Below are positions 27,530-37,552 of a stretch of 64,000 nt of DNA, piece after piece (the stretch's first letter is position 1; every line of letters starts with the position of its first letter). A program made the position numbers and the translations under genes. The stretch is from Candidatus Woesearchaeota archaeon. Its GTDB lineage: Archaea > Nanobdellota > Nanobdellia > Woesearchaeales > UBA583. The notes beneath the pieces are model-generated. The model was not told the DNA's origin. It worked only from the letters and a program-made list of their open reading frames with translations, and did no database searches. The stretch spans positions 160,001-224,000 of the forward strand of contig OZ242164.1 in the NCBI GenBank assembly GCA_965205335.1. Direction: 5' to 3'.

Positions 27530-28621
27530 GTGAATTTTATAAATGTACCTTTCCTGATAGTAATAAAAATGGTTAAAATATATGGCTCAAGTGGTAGTGA
27601 AAAAAGATTCCTTGACGCAGTTAATTCAAGACTGAAAGGGTGTGAACTGAACTCTCTTGATGAATTTGAAGAATACAAATCAGACCCCTTAAAATGGGAA
27701 AAAGAACTAATAGACGAAAAAGAATTCAGAGTAAAGTCCTGTGAAGATGAGAATGTGTTCCTAAAAAAAGAGAATGTGAGAAATAAGATTAGAATAGAAA
27801 GAATAGTTTCCAAAATAAATCTCAGAAACAAAACAGTATTAAAGAATTTTGGAGAAATCAAAGAAAAAGCTCAAAATAAAGTTGATGAATTAGAATATAA
27901 AAAATCTAAAATAGAAAAAAATCTAAAAAGAAATAGGGATAAGCTTGTACAAAACACAAAAGACACTCAAAACACCAAAAAAGTTGAAATCAAAACAATA
28001 ATGGAGAATTACAAACACAATGCAAAAGAAATCAAACTTATTCAAAAAGACAAAGAACTTTTAAACTTAATAACTAAATCTCACAGTGAAAACCTTGTTA
28101 TAAAGCGTTTTCAGGAGAGTTTCAGATCAGACAATCTCACTTATTTAATTAACGGACTTAATCTGAACATGCTAAATAAAAATTCAAGAAAACCAAACAT
28201 AATAGATCATCTATTTATATCAAAGAAGGGCGTATTCTTATTTGAAATAACGCAACAGATGAAAATTACTCCAAAAGTTAAAGCAGAGATAAGAAAGAGA
28301 TTAGAAAATCTGGGAAAAGCATTTAAAACTAAATTTAAAGACATAGTGAAGATCAATCCAAAAGTTACCTTAATAAGCGCACGAGAAGAAATCAAATTAG
28401 ACGGGTTCAAAACTTTAAATATTGACAATTTAAAAAAATACATATCAGACAGAGAGGAAATACTAAGCAATGATGATTTAACGATAATTCTAAATGAAGT
28501 CCTGAAATATACTCACAGCATCTCTACAATAGACACTTTATCAATCAAAACAAAGAAAGTATTAGTTGATGTTAAAGAATACATTAACAAAAAATTCAAT
28601 GAAATAAGCAATAAACCTTGA
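27530..28621 (+). CDS. Coiled-coil protein with NERD-like domain; ATG at 27569 is the likelier start
   Basis: SENLV...IDHLFISKKGVFLFE. Confidence 0.55.
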   Translation: MNFINVPFLIVIKMVKIYGSSGSEKRFLDAVNSRLKGCELNSLDEFEEYKSDPLKWEKELIDEKEFRVKSCEDENVFLKKENVRNKIRIERIVSKINLRNKTVLKNFGEIKEKAQNKVDELEYKKSKIEKNLKRNRDKLVQNTKDTQNTKKVEIKTIMENYKHNAKEIKLIQKDKELLNLITKSHSENLVIKRFQESFRSDNLTYLINGLNLNMLNKNSRKPNIIDHLFISKKGVFLFEITQQMKITPKVKAEIRKRLENLGKAFKTKFKDIVKINPKVTLISAREEIKLDGFKTLNIDNLKKYISDREEILSNDDLTIILNEVLKYTHSISTIDTLSIKTKKVLVDVKEYINKKFNEISNKP

Positions 28622-28650
28622 TTTAAATTTTCGATTTTTTAATAAAAAAC

Positions 28651-29799
28651 CTATCCTTTCCAATTAATAATTGGTTTAATATGAGAGAGAACTCTAACAC
28701 TCTTTTTCTGAGCATCCATTACATCATAAATATTCTTATATGCCTGTGGAGCTTCATCTAATGTATTCTTATCAATCTTTCCAACAATACCTTTCATCTT
28801 ATCCTCAAACTCTTTCATCTTAATCTTTAACTTTGCCTCTGTCCTGCTTAAAACTCTTCCTGCCCCATGTGATGAACTTTCCAAAAAATCCTTATTTCCC
28901 AAACCTTCAACCAAAAAACATCCCTCCTGCATATTTGCTGGAATAACTCCTTTCTCATTCTTTCTTGCAGGAGTAGCTCCTTTTCTGTGGATATAAAATC
29001 CCCTCTCGAAAATTGCATGATTATGATTCTTATTAGTCCATAACTCAAAATTTAAAGAAGAATCACGTAAAATGTTTCTTAAAACATCCCTGGCCTTATA
29101 CGCCATCTCTAATCTATTTAATAATGCAAACTCCAAACCAAAATTTAAAACATTTAGGTACTCTCTACCTTCCTGAGAGTCAATATCTAAAGAATATGTT
29201 TTCTCATACCCTTTATCACTTCCTGACGCCTTCTTCATATAATGAGTTGCAACTTTGTGACCAATGCCTCTTGAACCACTATGAATTACGAGCCATACCT
29301 CATCACATTTCCCTTTAATAAAACCAAGCTCAATAAAATGATTCCCAGAACCTAGAGAACCTAAATGAGAAACTGCCTGAGTTCTTAAAAACTTGTAAAC
29401 ATCTTTATCATAATCTCTTTTACAAAAGTCTTCTAAAATCACTTTAAAATCTTCCCTTGACTTATCTGAAACATCCTTTAAATGCCCAATCCTCCCCTTC
29501 CCCATTGGAATAACCAAACTAACATCATCAAAAATCCTCTTAGCTTTTTCTCTAACTAAACTTACAATATTCTCTTTCCTGAAAACACATGCAATCACCC
29601 CGCAGCCAATATCATAACCAACCCATGAAGGAATAATTTTATTCCTAGTTTTAAAAACCGAACCTATTGGTGCTACATATCCCTTATGAGCATCAGGCAT
29701 AAGCGAAGCATGAACTACAAAATCCTCACTGCAACAAGAATCAAACTGAGACATAGTGCTCTCATCAAGTCCAATTGCGAAATTAGTTACTTTCTTCAT
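28651..29799 (-). CDS. rtcB: RNA ligase RtcB
   Basis: MPDAHKGY, VGYDIGCG, GSLGSGNHF, HSGSRG, HRKGAT, SHGAGR, DEAPQAYK. Confidence 0.95.
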   Translation of the reverse strand: MKKVTNFAIGLDESTMSQFDSCCSEDFVVHASLMPDAHKGYVAPIGSVFKTRNKIIPSWVGYDIGCGVIACVFRKENIVSLVREKAKRIFDDVSLVIPMGKGRIGHLKDVSDKSREDFKVILEDFCKRDYDKDVYKFLRTQAVSHLGSLGSGNHFIELGFIKGKCDEVWLVIHSGSRGIGHKVATHYMKKASGSDKGYEKTYSLDIDSQEGREYLNVLNFGLEFALLNRLEMAYKARDVLRNILRDSSLNFELWTNKNHNHAIFERGFYIHRKGATPARKNEKGVIPANMQEGCFLVEGLGNKDFLESSSHGAGRVLSRTEAKLKIKMKEFEDKMKGIVGKIDKNTLDEAPQAYKNIYDVMDAQKKSVRVLSHIKPIINWKG

Positions 29800-29847
29800 A
29801 TGAATTATAAAAGAATAAGTAAGATATTATAAACTTCTTCTTTTTTA

Positions 29848-29974
29848 GGCTCTGTCCGGAAATTCAAGAGAACTTAAAATATTGTATCAATAAAGCAACT
29901 TTTGACGAATAATTTTTTCTTTGATTGAGTATAGTTAGCATAGATTTTGGAAAAAGCAATTTCCGGACAGAGCC
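29848..29974. mobile_element. MITE with 8-bp TSD CTTTTTTA
   Basis: TIR GGCTCTGTCCGGAAATT at both ends; TSD at 29840-29847 and 29975-29982. Confidence 0.92.
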
Positions 29975-30069
29975 CTTTTTTAAGGTAATTAATTAATGTA
30001 ATATAATTCTCTTTAACTCTTGGAGTAGTAACTAAATAATAAATATAATTAGAAGGTGATACAAGTAAA

Positions 30070-30357
30070 ATGGAAGAAAAAAAAACATTTAAATTAAGCG
30101 ATGGAAAAACATTCACAACTCTTAGGGGATTTGCCAAAGCTCTTACAAGAATGCCCTTAGAAGTTTACGAGGCGCATGTCAATCCACAAAAAAATGACTT
30201 TTCCAAATGGATGCATCATTCATTAGGAAAAGAAGAACTTGCAAAAAGAATAGATGGGCAAATCTCAAAAGTAGAACTTGAACTTGAAGTATTAAGGCAT
30301 TTTATACACGAGGTGTCAATTAATAAAAATTCAACTAAAACAAAACATAGATCCTAA
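30070..30357 (+). CDS. DUF5752-like small protein
   Basis: FKLSDG...AHVNPQKNDFSKW...LA pattern. Confidence 0.65.
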   Translation: MEEKKTFKLSDGKTFTTLRGFAKALTRMPLEVYEAHVNPQKNDFSKWMHHSLGKEELAKRIDGQISKVELELEVLRHFIHEVSINKNSTKTKHRS

Positions 30358-30360
30358 ATT

Positions 30361-30657
30361 CTATGCTTTCTCTTCAACTTCTTGGGCTTCATCATCCTCA
30401 TTAGAATGAGATGTTCCAAAATCAACATCCTGAACTATTATAATATCACCAAAAGCCCTAAAAAACTTCTGGGGAATAATTACGCCTTTTGCATCTCGTA
30501 CCTTACTTGCTAGAAGAGAACCAGGGACTGCCTTAATCTTCCATGATTTAATTCTATTTTCCTCAATTAAAGCCTCTTCAATCTCTCCGAAGAAGTATCC
30601 TGAATCTGAAAACACCTTCATCTCATAAACATCTGTTAATCTTTTAAACCTTGCCAT
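30361..30657 (-). CDS. PRC-barrel protein (CdpB-like)
   Basis: KVFSDSGYFFGEIEE...VIIP...AFGDIIIV. Confidence 0.85.
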   Translation of the reverse strand: MARFKRLTDVYEMKVFSDSGYFFGEIEEALIEENRIKSWKIKAVPGSLLASKVRDAKGVIIPQKFFRAFGDIIIVQDVDFGTSHSNEDDEAQEVEEKA

Positions 30658-30688
30658 ATTTTATAGTTTCCTTTAATATTTATAAATA

Positions 30689-31267
30689 TTACTCTTCTTT
30701 TTTTGTATCGGAACTTGATTCTTTTTCACTGCTTCCTCTTGAAATCCACACTAAAACCCCTATTATTGCTATAATAAGAAGAACTGTTGCAATATCTTCT
30801 CCTGTGATTGCAATTTTGTCTGTTGATTCAAACAACCAATCCCATACTCCTAAAACAGCAAACAAAATACCTACTGCAACAGCCACTACAATTCCTCCTA
30901 CTGTCCATATAATTCCTTTATTTGGTTTTCCATCCTTATCATGAAACATATGGGTAAAAAAATCTTTCCCGAAAATAAATCCTAAAGCTATTAAAGTTGC
31001 TAAAATGAATACAAGAAATACAACAATATTTACAATCAAACTCTGAATGTATTTAACCGACTGAATTGATGCTATAACAAATAAACCAAAAACAAAAGCA
31101 ACTACTGCATTGACTGTCCTTGAATTTTTCTCACTTCCTTCTTTCTCAAAGATTCCTGATTTTTCAAGAATTGCAAATACTATGGCATAAACTAAAATAA
31201 AAGGCAGAAATATGTCATAGAAACCGATATTTCTCAAATTCTCTATGACATTGTTAAAATCCACCAT
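30689..31267 (-). CDS. Multi-pass membrane protein
   Basis: About 5 hydrophobic helices; GFYDIFLPFILVYAIVFAILEK. Confidence 0.75.
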   Translation of the reverse strand: MVDFNNVIENLRNIGFYDIFLPFILVYAIVFAILEKSGIFEKEGSEKNSRTVNAVVAFVFGLFVIASIQSVKYIQSLIVNIVVFLVFILATLIALGFIFGKDFFTHMFHDKDGKPNKGIIWTVGGIVVAVAVGILFAVLGVWDWLFESTDKIAITGEDIATVLLIIAIIGVLVWISRGSSEKESSSDTKKEE

Positions 31268-31285
31268 TTTTAAAGTAAAAAACTA

Positions 31286-31555
31286 TTAAAGAATATCTTC
31301 TTCAGAGATAACAACAAAGTCTCCTATAGCAATAACTGAGTGAAAAGGTACAAGAAAATCTCCATTCGTATCCTTTTCCAAACTCACATCCTTTACATAT
31401 TTAGTTGGATTGACTATTGTAAAATCAATAATCTCTCCTGTTTTGGTGTCAAAAACAAGATCTCCAACTTCACCAAATTTCTTTCCTCCCTTGCTCACAA
31501 CTACCCTATCTATGAGCCTCTTAGATAGAATTTTCTCATTTGTTTGCTTTGCCAT
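31286..31555 (-). CDS. PRC-barrel protein (CdpB-like)
   Basis: VVSKGGKKFGEVGDLVFDTKTGEI...VPFHSVIAIGDFVVI. Confidence 0.88.
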   Translation of the reverse strand: MAKQTNEKILSKRLIDRVVVSKGGKKFGEVGDLVFDTKTGEIIDFTIVNPTKYVKDVSLEKDTNGDFLVPFHSVIAIGDFVVISEEDIL

Positions 31556-31602
31556 ATTACTAAATTAAACTAAATACTCATTTATATGCTTTTGCTTTTC
31601 GT

Positions 31603-32433
31603 TCAGTTGATTGTATCTCTTTGAGTTTTTTTCATTAATCGAGGAGAAAAAGATTGTACATTAGGTGCATTGAACTCACCAACCTTCTCAAGAGCAGGAA
31701 GATCTAAAGATTTTGCATAAGGTACATACAAATCACCACCAACCATCTCAAGAGCAGGAAGATCTAAAGATTGTGCACAAGGTGCACTCAAATGGTTACC
31801 AACTGTCTTAAGAGCAGAAAAATATAAAGATTGTGCATCAAATGCAAACAAATCTCCACCAATTGTCTTAAGAGCAGGAAGATCTAAAGATTTTACTATA
31901 GGTGTAAACAAATCACCACCAACCTCCTCAAGAGCAGGAAGATATAAAGATTGTGCACAAGGTGCACTCAAATGGTTACCAACTGTCTTAAGAGCAGGAA
32001 GATCTAAAGATTTAGATGTAAACAACTTACTAACAACCTTCTCAAGAACAGAAAGGTGTAAAGATTTTACTATAGATATATACAAACTGCCACCAACCTC
32101 CTCAAGAGCAGGAAGATGTGAAGATTTTGCATAAGATGCATTCAAATTACCACCAACTATCTTAAGAGCAGGGAGATATAAAGATTTTGCACTATATACA
32201 TCCAACTTACCACCAACATATTCAAGGCTTTTATATAAAATTCTACCTGAATCAGAAGTATCAGAAAAATTACCCTCAATTCTCTTAATTCTATTCTTTT
32301 TATCCTCATTCAAATCTGTAAAATCCCATACAATCCTTGGATATAAAAAGAATTTCTCTAACCCCCCATAATTGCTATCATCTAACTTAACAGTCTTAGA
32401 AATTATAGAGTCACTTTCGTCTAAATCAGTCAT
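31603..32433 (-). CDS. Leucine-rich/receptor-L-like tandem repeat protein (20-aa unit)
   Basis: About 9-10 copies of AKSLxLPALxxVGGxLxA; 60-bp DNA period at ~31660-32225. Confidence 0.8.
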   Translation of the reverse strand: MTDLDESDSIISKTVKLDDSNYGGLEKFFLYPRIVWDFTDLNEDKKNRIKRIEGNFSDTSDSGRILYKSLEYVGGKLDVYSAKSLYLPALKIVGGNLNASYAKSSHLPALEEVGGSLYISIVKSLHLSVLEKVVSKLFTSKSLDLPALKTVGNHLSAPCAQSLYLPALEEVGGDLFTPIVKSLDLPALKTIGGDLFAFDAQSLYFSALKTVGNHLSAPCAQSLDLPALEMVGGDLYVPYAKSLDLPALEKVGEFNAPNVQSFSPRLMKKTQRDTIN

Positions 32434-32525
32434 ATTACTTAATTCAATTAAATATTAATTTATGTAATTTTGCTTTTGTAAAGAGCATCCAAAACTTATA
32501 AGATATCTTTATAAACAAAAATAAT

Positions 32526-34067
32526 TTGGTGATTTATATGAGCAAAATTAGCATTGAGGAACTCGCTACATTCTGCAAAAAAAAAGGATTTGTATTTGCG
32601 GCGGGAGAAATCTACGGTGGACTTAGCGGATTCTTTGACTTCGGACCCCTAGGGGTTGAACTAAAAAATAACCTAAAACAAATATACTGGAAAGAATTCG
32701 TCCTAAAAAGAGAAGATATAGTAGGTCAGGATGGTTCAACTATTACAAATCCAAAAGTCTGGAAAGCTTCAGGACACATTGATAACTTTGCAGATTTAAT
32801 TCTCACAACAAAAAAAACGAACACAAAAATAAGAGCGGACACATTCATCGAGGACAAACTAAAAATTCCTGCAGATGGAATGACTACCAAACAAATCAAT
32901 GACTTAATCAAAAAACACAAACTAACATATGAAGGTGAGGAATTTAACGAAGTTAAAGACTTTAATTTAATGTTTCAAACTCAGGTTGGAGCGGATTCCT
33001 CAAAAAATTCAACTGCATACCTAAGACCTGAAACCGCACAGAGCATCTTTCCGAACTTTAAAATAATCACAGAAACATCAAGAATGACTCTTCCCTTTGG
33101 AATAACTCAAATCGGAAAAGCATACCGAAATGAAATATCCCCAAGAGATTTTGTTTTCAGAGACAGAGAATTTGAACAAATAGAGATGGAATACTTCTTC
33201 AACCCCCTAAACAAATGCGAGGAACTAAATAATAAGATTCTTAATGTAAAATTCCAATTCCTTGATGCCAAAACTCAAAAAAAAGGAAAATCAGATATAA
33301 GAGAAACAACATTTAAAGAATTAATTCAAAACAAAGAATACAAATTCAACACATTTCATGCTTACTGGCTTTCAAAATTCTTTATCTGGTTCAAAGATGA
33401 AATTGGTTTATCATACGAGAACATGAGAATCAGAGAACACACAAAATCTGAACTATCACATTACTCCTGTGCAACATTTGATATTGAATACAATTTTCCA
33501 ATGGGTTTTAAAGAAATGTTTGGCATGGCAAACCGTGGAAATTATGATTTAACAAAACATGCACAGCACTCAAAAACCAAAATGGAAATATTTGATGAAG
33601 CAACCAAATCAAGAATCATTCCACATGTAATTGAACCAACAATTGGAGTTGAAAGACTAATGATGGCTGTCCTATGCGAATCATATAACGATGACAAACA
33701 AAGAGGAAACATTGTCTTAAACATACCTCCAAAAATCTCCCCATACAAAGCTACAGTTCTTCCCCTTGTTAATAAAGAAAAAATATTAGAAAAAGCAAGA
33801 AAAATCTTTGAAGAATTAATATTTAATGAAATCAGCACATTTTATGACAAATCTGGAAGCATAGGGAGAAGATATGCAAGGCAGGACGAAATTGGAACTC
33901 CATTTTGTTTAACCATTGACTTTGAGACAATTGAAGAAGGAGAACTCAAAAACACGATAACGCTTCGTCAAAGAGAAACAACAGAGCAGAAAAGAATTAA
34001 CGCAGAAAATATCTCAGAAACAATTAATGGTTTAGTCAAAGGAAACATACAATTCAAAAATTTATAA
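32526..34067 (+). CDS. glyS: Glycyl-tRNA synthetase (alpha2, archaeal/eukaryal type); ATG at 32538 is the likelier start
   Basis: EIYGG..DFGPLG, LRPETAQ, RNEISPR, GSIGRRYARQDEIGTP. Confidence 0.97.
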   Translation: MVIYMSKISIEELATFCKKKGFVFAAGEIYGGLSGFFDFGPLGVELKNNLKQIYWKEFVLKREDIVGQDGSTITNPKVWKASGHIDNFADLILTTKKTNTKIRADTFIEDKLKIPADGMTTKQINDLIKKHKLTYEGEEFNEVKDFNLMFQTQVGADSSKNSTAYLRPETAQSIFPNFKIITETSRMTLPFGITQIGKAYRNEISPRDFVFRDREFEQIEMEYFFNPLNKCEELNNKILNVKFQFLDAKTQKKGKSDIRETTFKELIQNKEYKFNTFHAYWLSKFFIWFKDEIGLSYENMRIREHTKSELSHYSCATFDIEYNFPMGFKEMFGMANRGNYDLTKHAQHSKTKMEIFDEATKSRIIPHVIEPTIGVERLMMAVLCESYNDDKQRGNIVLNIPPKISPYKATVLPLVNKEKILEKARKIFEELIFNEISTFYDKSGSIGRRYARQDEIGTPFCLTIDFETIEEGELKNTITLRQRETTEQKRINAENISETINGLVKGNIQFKNL

Positions 34068-34068
34068 A

Positions 34069-35811
34069 ATGAGAGAAGAAATAATAAAGTTCTTAGAAGG
34101 AAACCTTGAACCTAAAATTGATTACCATAAGTTACTTAACAAGTCCAGTTCAGACGACTATGGAGATTTCTCGCTTCTTGTCTTTGAACTATCAAAAAAA
34201 CTTAGAAAATCCCCTGATGACATAGCAAAATCCTTTGAAAAAAAACTATCTAAATCTCTTCCAAAACAAATCAAAAAAATCATTGCAAAAGGAGGATACT
34301 TAAATTTCTATTTAGACAATCTCGCATTAACTGAAGGCATTATAAAAAAAATCCACTCAGAAGAAATGTTTAATCCCAAAATTTCAAAAAAAGAAAAAAT
34401 TATGATAGAATATCCATCCCCTAACACAAACAAATCTCTGCACATAGGACATATCAGAAATATCTTACTTGGAAACTCTTTAAGTCATATACTGAAAAAA
34501 GTTGGGCACACAATTATTAAAACAACATTAAATAACGACAGAGGAATTGCAATATGCAAAGCAATGCTTGGTTACGAATTATTTTTTAGCAATGACACCC
34601 CTGAATCCCTGAATATGAAATCAGATGAATTTGTCGGCATGTGCTACTTTGAATTTGAAAAAAGATTGGAGGAAAATAAAAAACAATCTAACAAAAACAA
34701 AAAAGAAAACTTGGAAAAACAGGTTCAGAAAATGCTTGTCAAATGGGAAGCAGGAGATAAAAAAACACGAGAACTATGGACTAAAATTCTTGACTGGGTA
34801 TATAAAGGATATGCTATAACATTTTATGACTTAAAACTTGAAAGATTTGACAAATCATATTTTGAATCTCAAATTTATGATAAAGGAAGAGAAATAATAT
34901 TAGATGCCCTAAAAAGAAAAATTAAGGGATTTGAGAAAGACAAAGATGGTAGTGTCCTATGCGATTTTGAGGACAAAACATATGGTAAAAAATACCTTCT
35001 AAGAAAAGATGGGACAGCTCTTTACATGACTACGGACTTATACCTCGCAAAAATCAAAGTAGATGAATTTAATTGTGACAAATACATCTTCGTAGTCGGA
35101 AGAGAACAAGAGCATCACTTTGAGATTCTCTTTGAACTGCTTGATAGAATTGGAATTGCCAAATCCCAAGAAAATTACCACTATGCTTATGGCTATGTCT
35201 TTGATAAAAACGGAGAAAAATTCTCATCACGAAAAGGAAGAACCATAAGTGCTGATGATTTATTAGAGATGATGCGAGAGAGTGCAAAAGAGAACCTGCT
35301 CTTAAAAGAAATGACCAAGAACCTATCTCAAACCGAATTAAAGAGAAGAGTAAATATTATAGGCTACGGAGCAATGGCTTTTACAATCCTGAACACAAAT
35401 CCTATGTTAGACATAAGATTTGATATAGACAAGACATTAGACTTCATAGGTGAGACAGGTCCCTACTTACAGTACACATACGCAAGAATTAATTCAGTTC
35501 TAAAAAAAGCAGAATTCAAAAGCACAGATATTGATGTTTCTATTTATACTGATAAAGAAATCTCACTAATCAAAAAACTTGGTGACTACAGTGATATTTT
35601 AATTGATTCAGCAGACAAATTAAAACCATCATTAATAGCTAACTATCTAATCAAATTAGCTCAGAGTTACAATGAATTCTATCAAAGCACTCCAATATTA
35701 AAATCAACTGAAAAGAAAAAATCAGTTAGATTAGAATTAAGTTATTTAGTAGCAAAAACCCTAAAAGAAGGCTTGGAACTGTTAGATATTGACACACTAG
35801 ATGAAATGTGA
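34069..35811 (+). CDS. argS: Arginyl-tRNA synthetase
   Basis: SPNTNKSLHIGH, KFSSRKG, GPYLQYTYAR, C-terminal EM. Confidence 0.97.
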   Translation: MREEIIKFLEGNLEPKIDYHKLLNKSSSDDYGDFSLLVFELSKKLRKSPDDIAKSFEKKLSKSLPKQIKKIIAKGGYLNFYLDNLALTEGIIKKIHSEEMFNPKISKKEKIMIEYPSPNTNKSLHIGHIRNILLGNSLSHILKKVGHTIIKTTLNNDRGIAICKAMLGYELFFSNDTPESLNMKSDEFVGMCYFEFEKRLEENKKQSNKNKKENLEKQVQKMLVKWEAGDKKTRELWTKILDWVYKGYAITFYDLKLERFDKSYFESQIYDKGREIILDALKRKIKGFEKDKDGSVLCDFEDKTYGKKYLLRKDGTALYMTTDLYLAKIKVDEFNCDKYIFVVGREQEHHFEILFELLDRIGIAKSQENYHYAYGYVFDKNGEKFSSRKGRTISADDLLEMMRESAKENLLLKEMTKNLSQTELKRRVNIIGYGAMAFTILNTNPMLDIRFDIDKTLDFIGETGPYLQYTYARINSVLKKAEFKSTDIDVSIYTDKEISLIKKLGDYSDILIDSADKLKPSLIANYLIKLAQSYNEFYQSTPILKSTEKKKSVRLELSYLVAKTLKEGLELLDIDTLDEM

Positions 35812-35918
35812 AAATTTTTAAGTGGTTAAACTCTATATTATAGGATAATCATAATATATTACATTTGTCTTAAAAAAATAAGAAAAAATTTTTTAAACTC
35901 TAAGTTTGCACATAAAAT

Positions 35919-37547
35919 ATGTTAGATAATTTAAGAAAACTTGTTTTTGGTTTGGGTGAGTTTGAAAAAATAAGAATAGATGACAGATTTAAAAAAATTG
36001 CATCCCTTCTTAACTCGATTCAAATATCTAATTTAGAAGATTTTGAAATAATTGAAGAATGCTTATACAAACTAAAAGAACAGCTAAGAATAAAATCATC
36101 CAATCTAAACAGAGTAGTAAAAGACTTAGGATGTGATATATCAAAAAAACAAGTTCTTAATGTAATTGAAAAATTAGATTCAATCAGACAAAATTTCCTA
36201 AAAAAAGCTCTGATAAACACAAATAATATCACTAAAGAATTAGAAGAAAGAGAAGAAGATAGGAAGGAATTACCACAAACAAACCAGAAAAAACCAGAAC
36301 AGAAACAATCAGAAAAAAAAGAACAAAATAAATCAACTGAAAAACCAAAACCAAACGAAATTGAATTAATTGAAAAAGATGATTACAAAGTAATACTTCA
36401 CAACGGAAAAACACCATATTTAGTTGTTTTATTCAAAAATGAAATCAATTATACTACTATTAGAGATTTATCAATGATATTCTTTGAAACGTATAAAATT
36501 GGGGGAACAAACATAATAATTGAAAAAAACACCGCCCTAATAATATCAAGGTTAGAAAATGATAATCTCTTAAATCTTCCAAGAATTAATTCAGATTTAG
36601 ATAAAATATTTGAAAACTTGGCATCAAAAGAAATAGATGAGAGGCAAGAAGAATACAAAGATATAAAAGAATACAAAACAGAAGGAAAAATTCAAACGAG
36701 AAAAAACAAAGAAGATTCCCTTGATAAATTACTCTCTTCTGCATTAGAAAACTCCCAAACTCCTCCACCAAAGCCAAAGCAAGACAAATCAACTCCAGAA
36801 ATAATAGAAGGAAGATCAATTGAAATAGAAAAAAAGCCTAAAAATAAATATAATGACATTGAAATAATAAAAGATAATATTAAAGATAAATTAGAGGATA
36901 TAGGTAAAGAGACTCAAACTCCTCTAAAAGATGAAACTAAAGATAAATTAGAAGATGAGGTTGAAGAAATCCAGACATATCCAAGAGAAAAGCAGAAAAT
37001 TGAGGAAGTTAAAACAAACAAAGAAGAAAATCAATTAGAAGATGAAGAAAGGGAAGAGGAGTTGAAAGCAATACAACTTCCTTTTGAATTATACAGAGAT
37101 GAGAACATTATTGCATATCTTAAAGAAGATTCTCAAGTAAAAGGTGAGATAGTTTTACGCCCATTCTCAAACAAATCATTAAGAGAATTAAACGAATCTG
37201 AGATGCCATATATAACTATTTTCTCAAAAGTATTTGTCCAAGTACTATTTGAAGTAACTCAGGCCCAGGGAACAAACATTATTTGGAACTACAATGATAA
37301 TATAATTCAGATTATTCCAAGATTTGACAATGACAAAATAAATCTCAGTTGGGAATTAAAATCTGAAAAAGAAGAATTTTTAGAACAGATAAGAAACAGA
37401 CTAATAAAAACAATGCAAAAAGAAATTAGTACAGATGGAAAAGAGAATAGACAAGAGGAGCAACCTCCTTCAAAAGAAATAATAAATGAGGATGAAATAA
37501 AAGAAAGAGCAGAACATGTAATGGAGTCAGTTAGAAGATTACCATAA
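35919..37547 (+). CDS. Hypothetical protein with two degenerate HIT-like segments and charged linkers
   Basis: GGTNIII..ISRLEND and AQGTNII..IIPRFDND..LSW; no histidine triad. Confidence 0.5.
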   Translation: MLDNLRKLVFGLGEFEKIRIDDRFKKIASLLNSIQISNLEDFEIIEECLYKLKEQLRIKSSNLNRVVKDLGCDISKKQVLNVIEKLDSIRQNFLKKALINTNNITKELEEREEDRKELPQTNQKKPEQKQSEKKEQNKSTEKPKPNEIELIEKDDYKVILHNGKTPYLVVLFKNEINYTTIRDLSMIFFETYKIGGTNIIIEKNTALIISRLENDNLLNLPRINSDLDKIFENLASKEIDERQEEYKDIKEYKTEGKIQTRKNKEDSLDKLLSSALENSQTPPPKPKQDKSTPEIIEGRSIEIEKKPKNKYNDIEIIKDNIKDKLEDIGKETQTPLKDETKDKLEDEVEEIQTYPREKQKIEEVKTNKEENQLEDEEREEELKAIQLPFELYRDENIIAYLKEDSQVKGEIVLRPFSNKSLRELNESEMPYITIFSKVFVQVLFEVTQAQGTNIIWNYNDNIIQIIPRFDNDKINLSWELKSEKEEFLEQIRNRLIKTMQKEISTDGKENRQEEQPPSKEIINEDEIKERAEHVMESVRRLP

Positions 37548-37552
37548 TCTCT

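Noticed and set aside
29874-30137. 87-aa minus-strand ORF
   Set aside because: Runs through a MITE and is antisense to a better-supported gene
31660-32225. CRISPR array in the 60-bp (and 59410-59830 96-bp) periodic DNA
   Set aside because: Periods are multiples of three inside open frames, with no unique spacers and no cas genes
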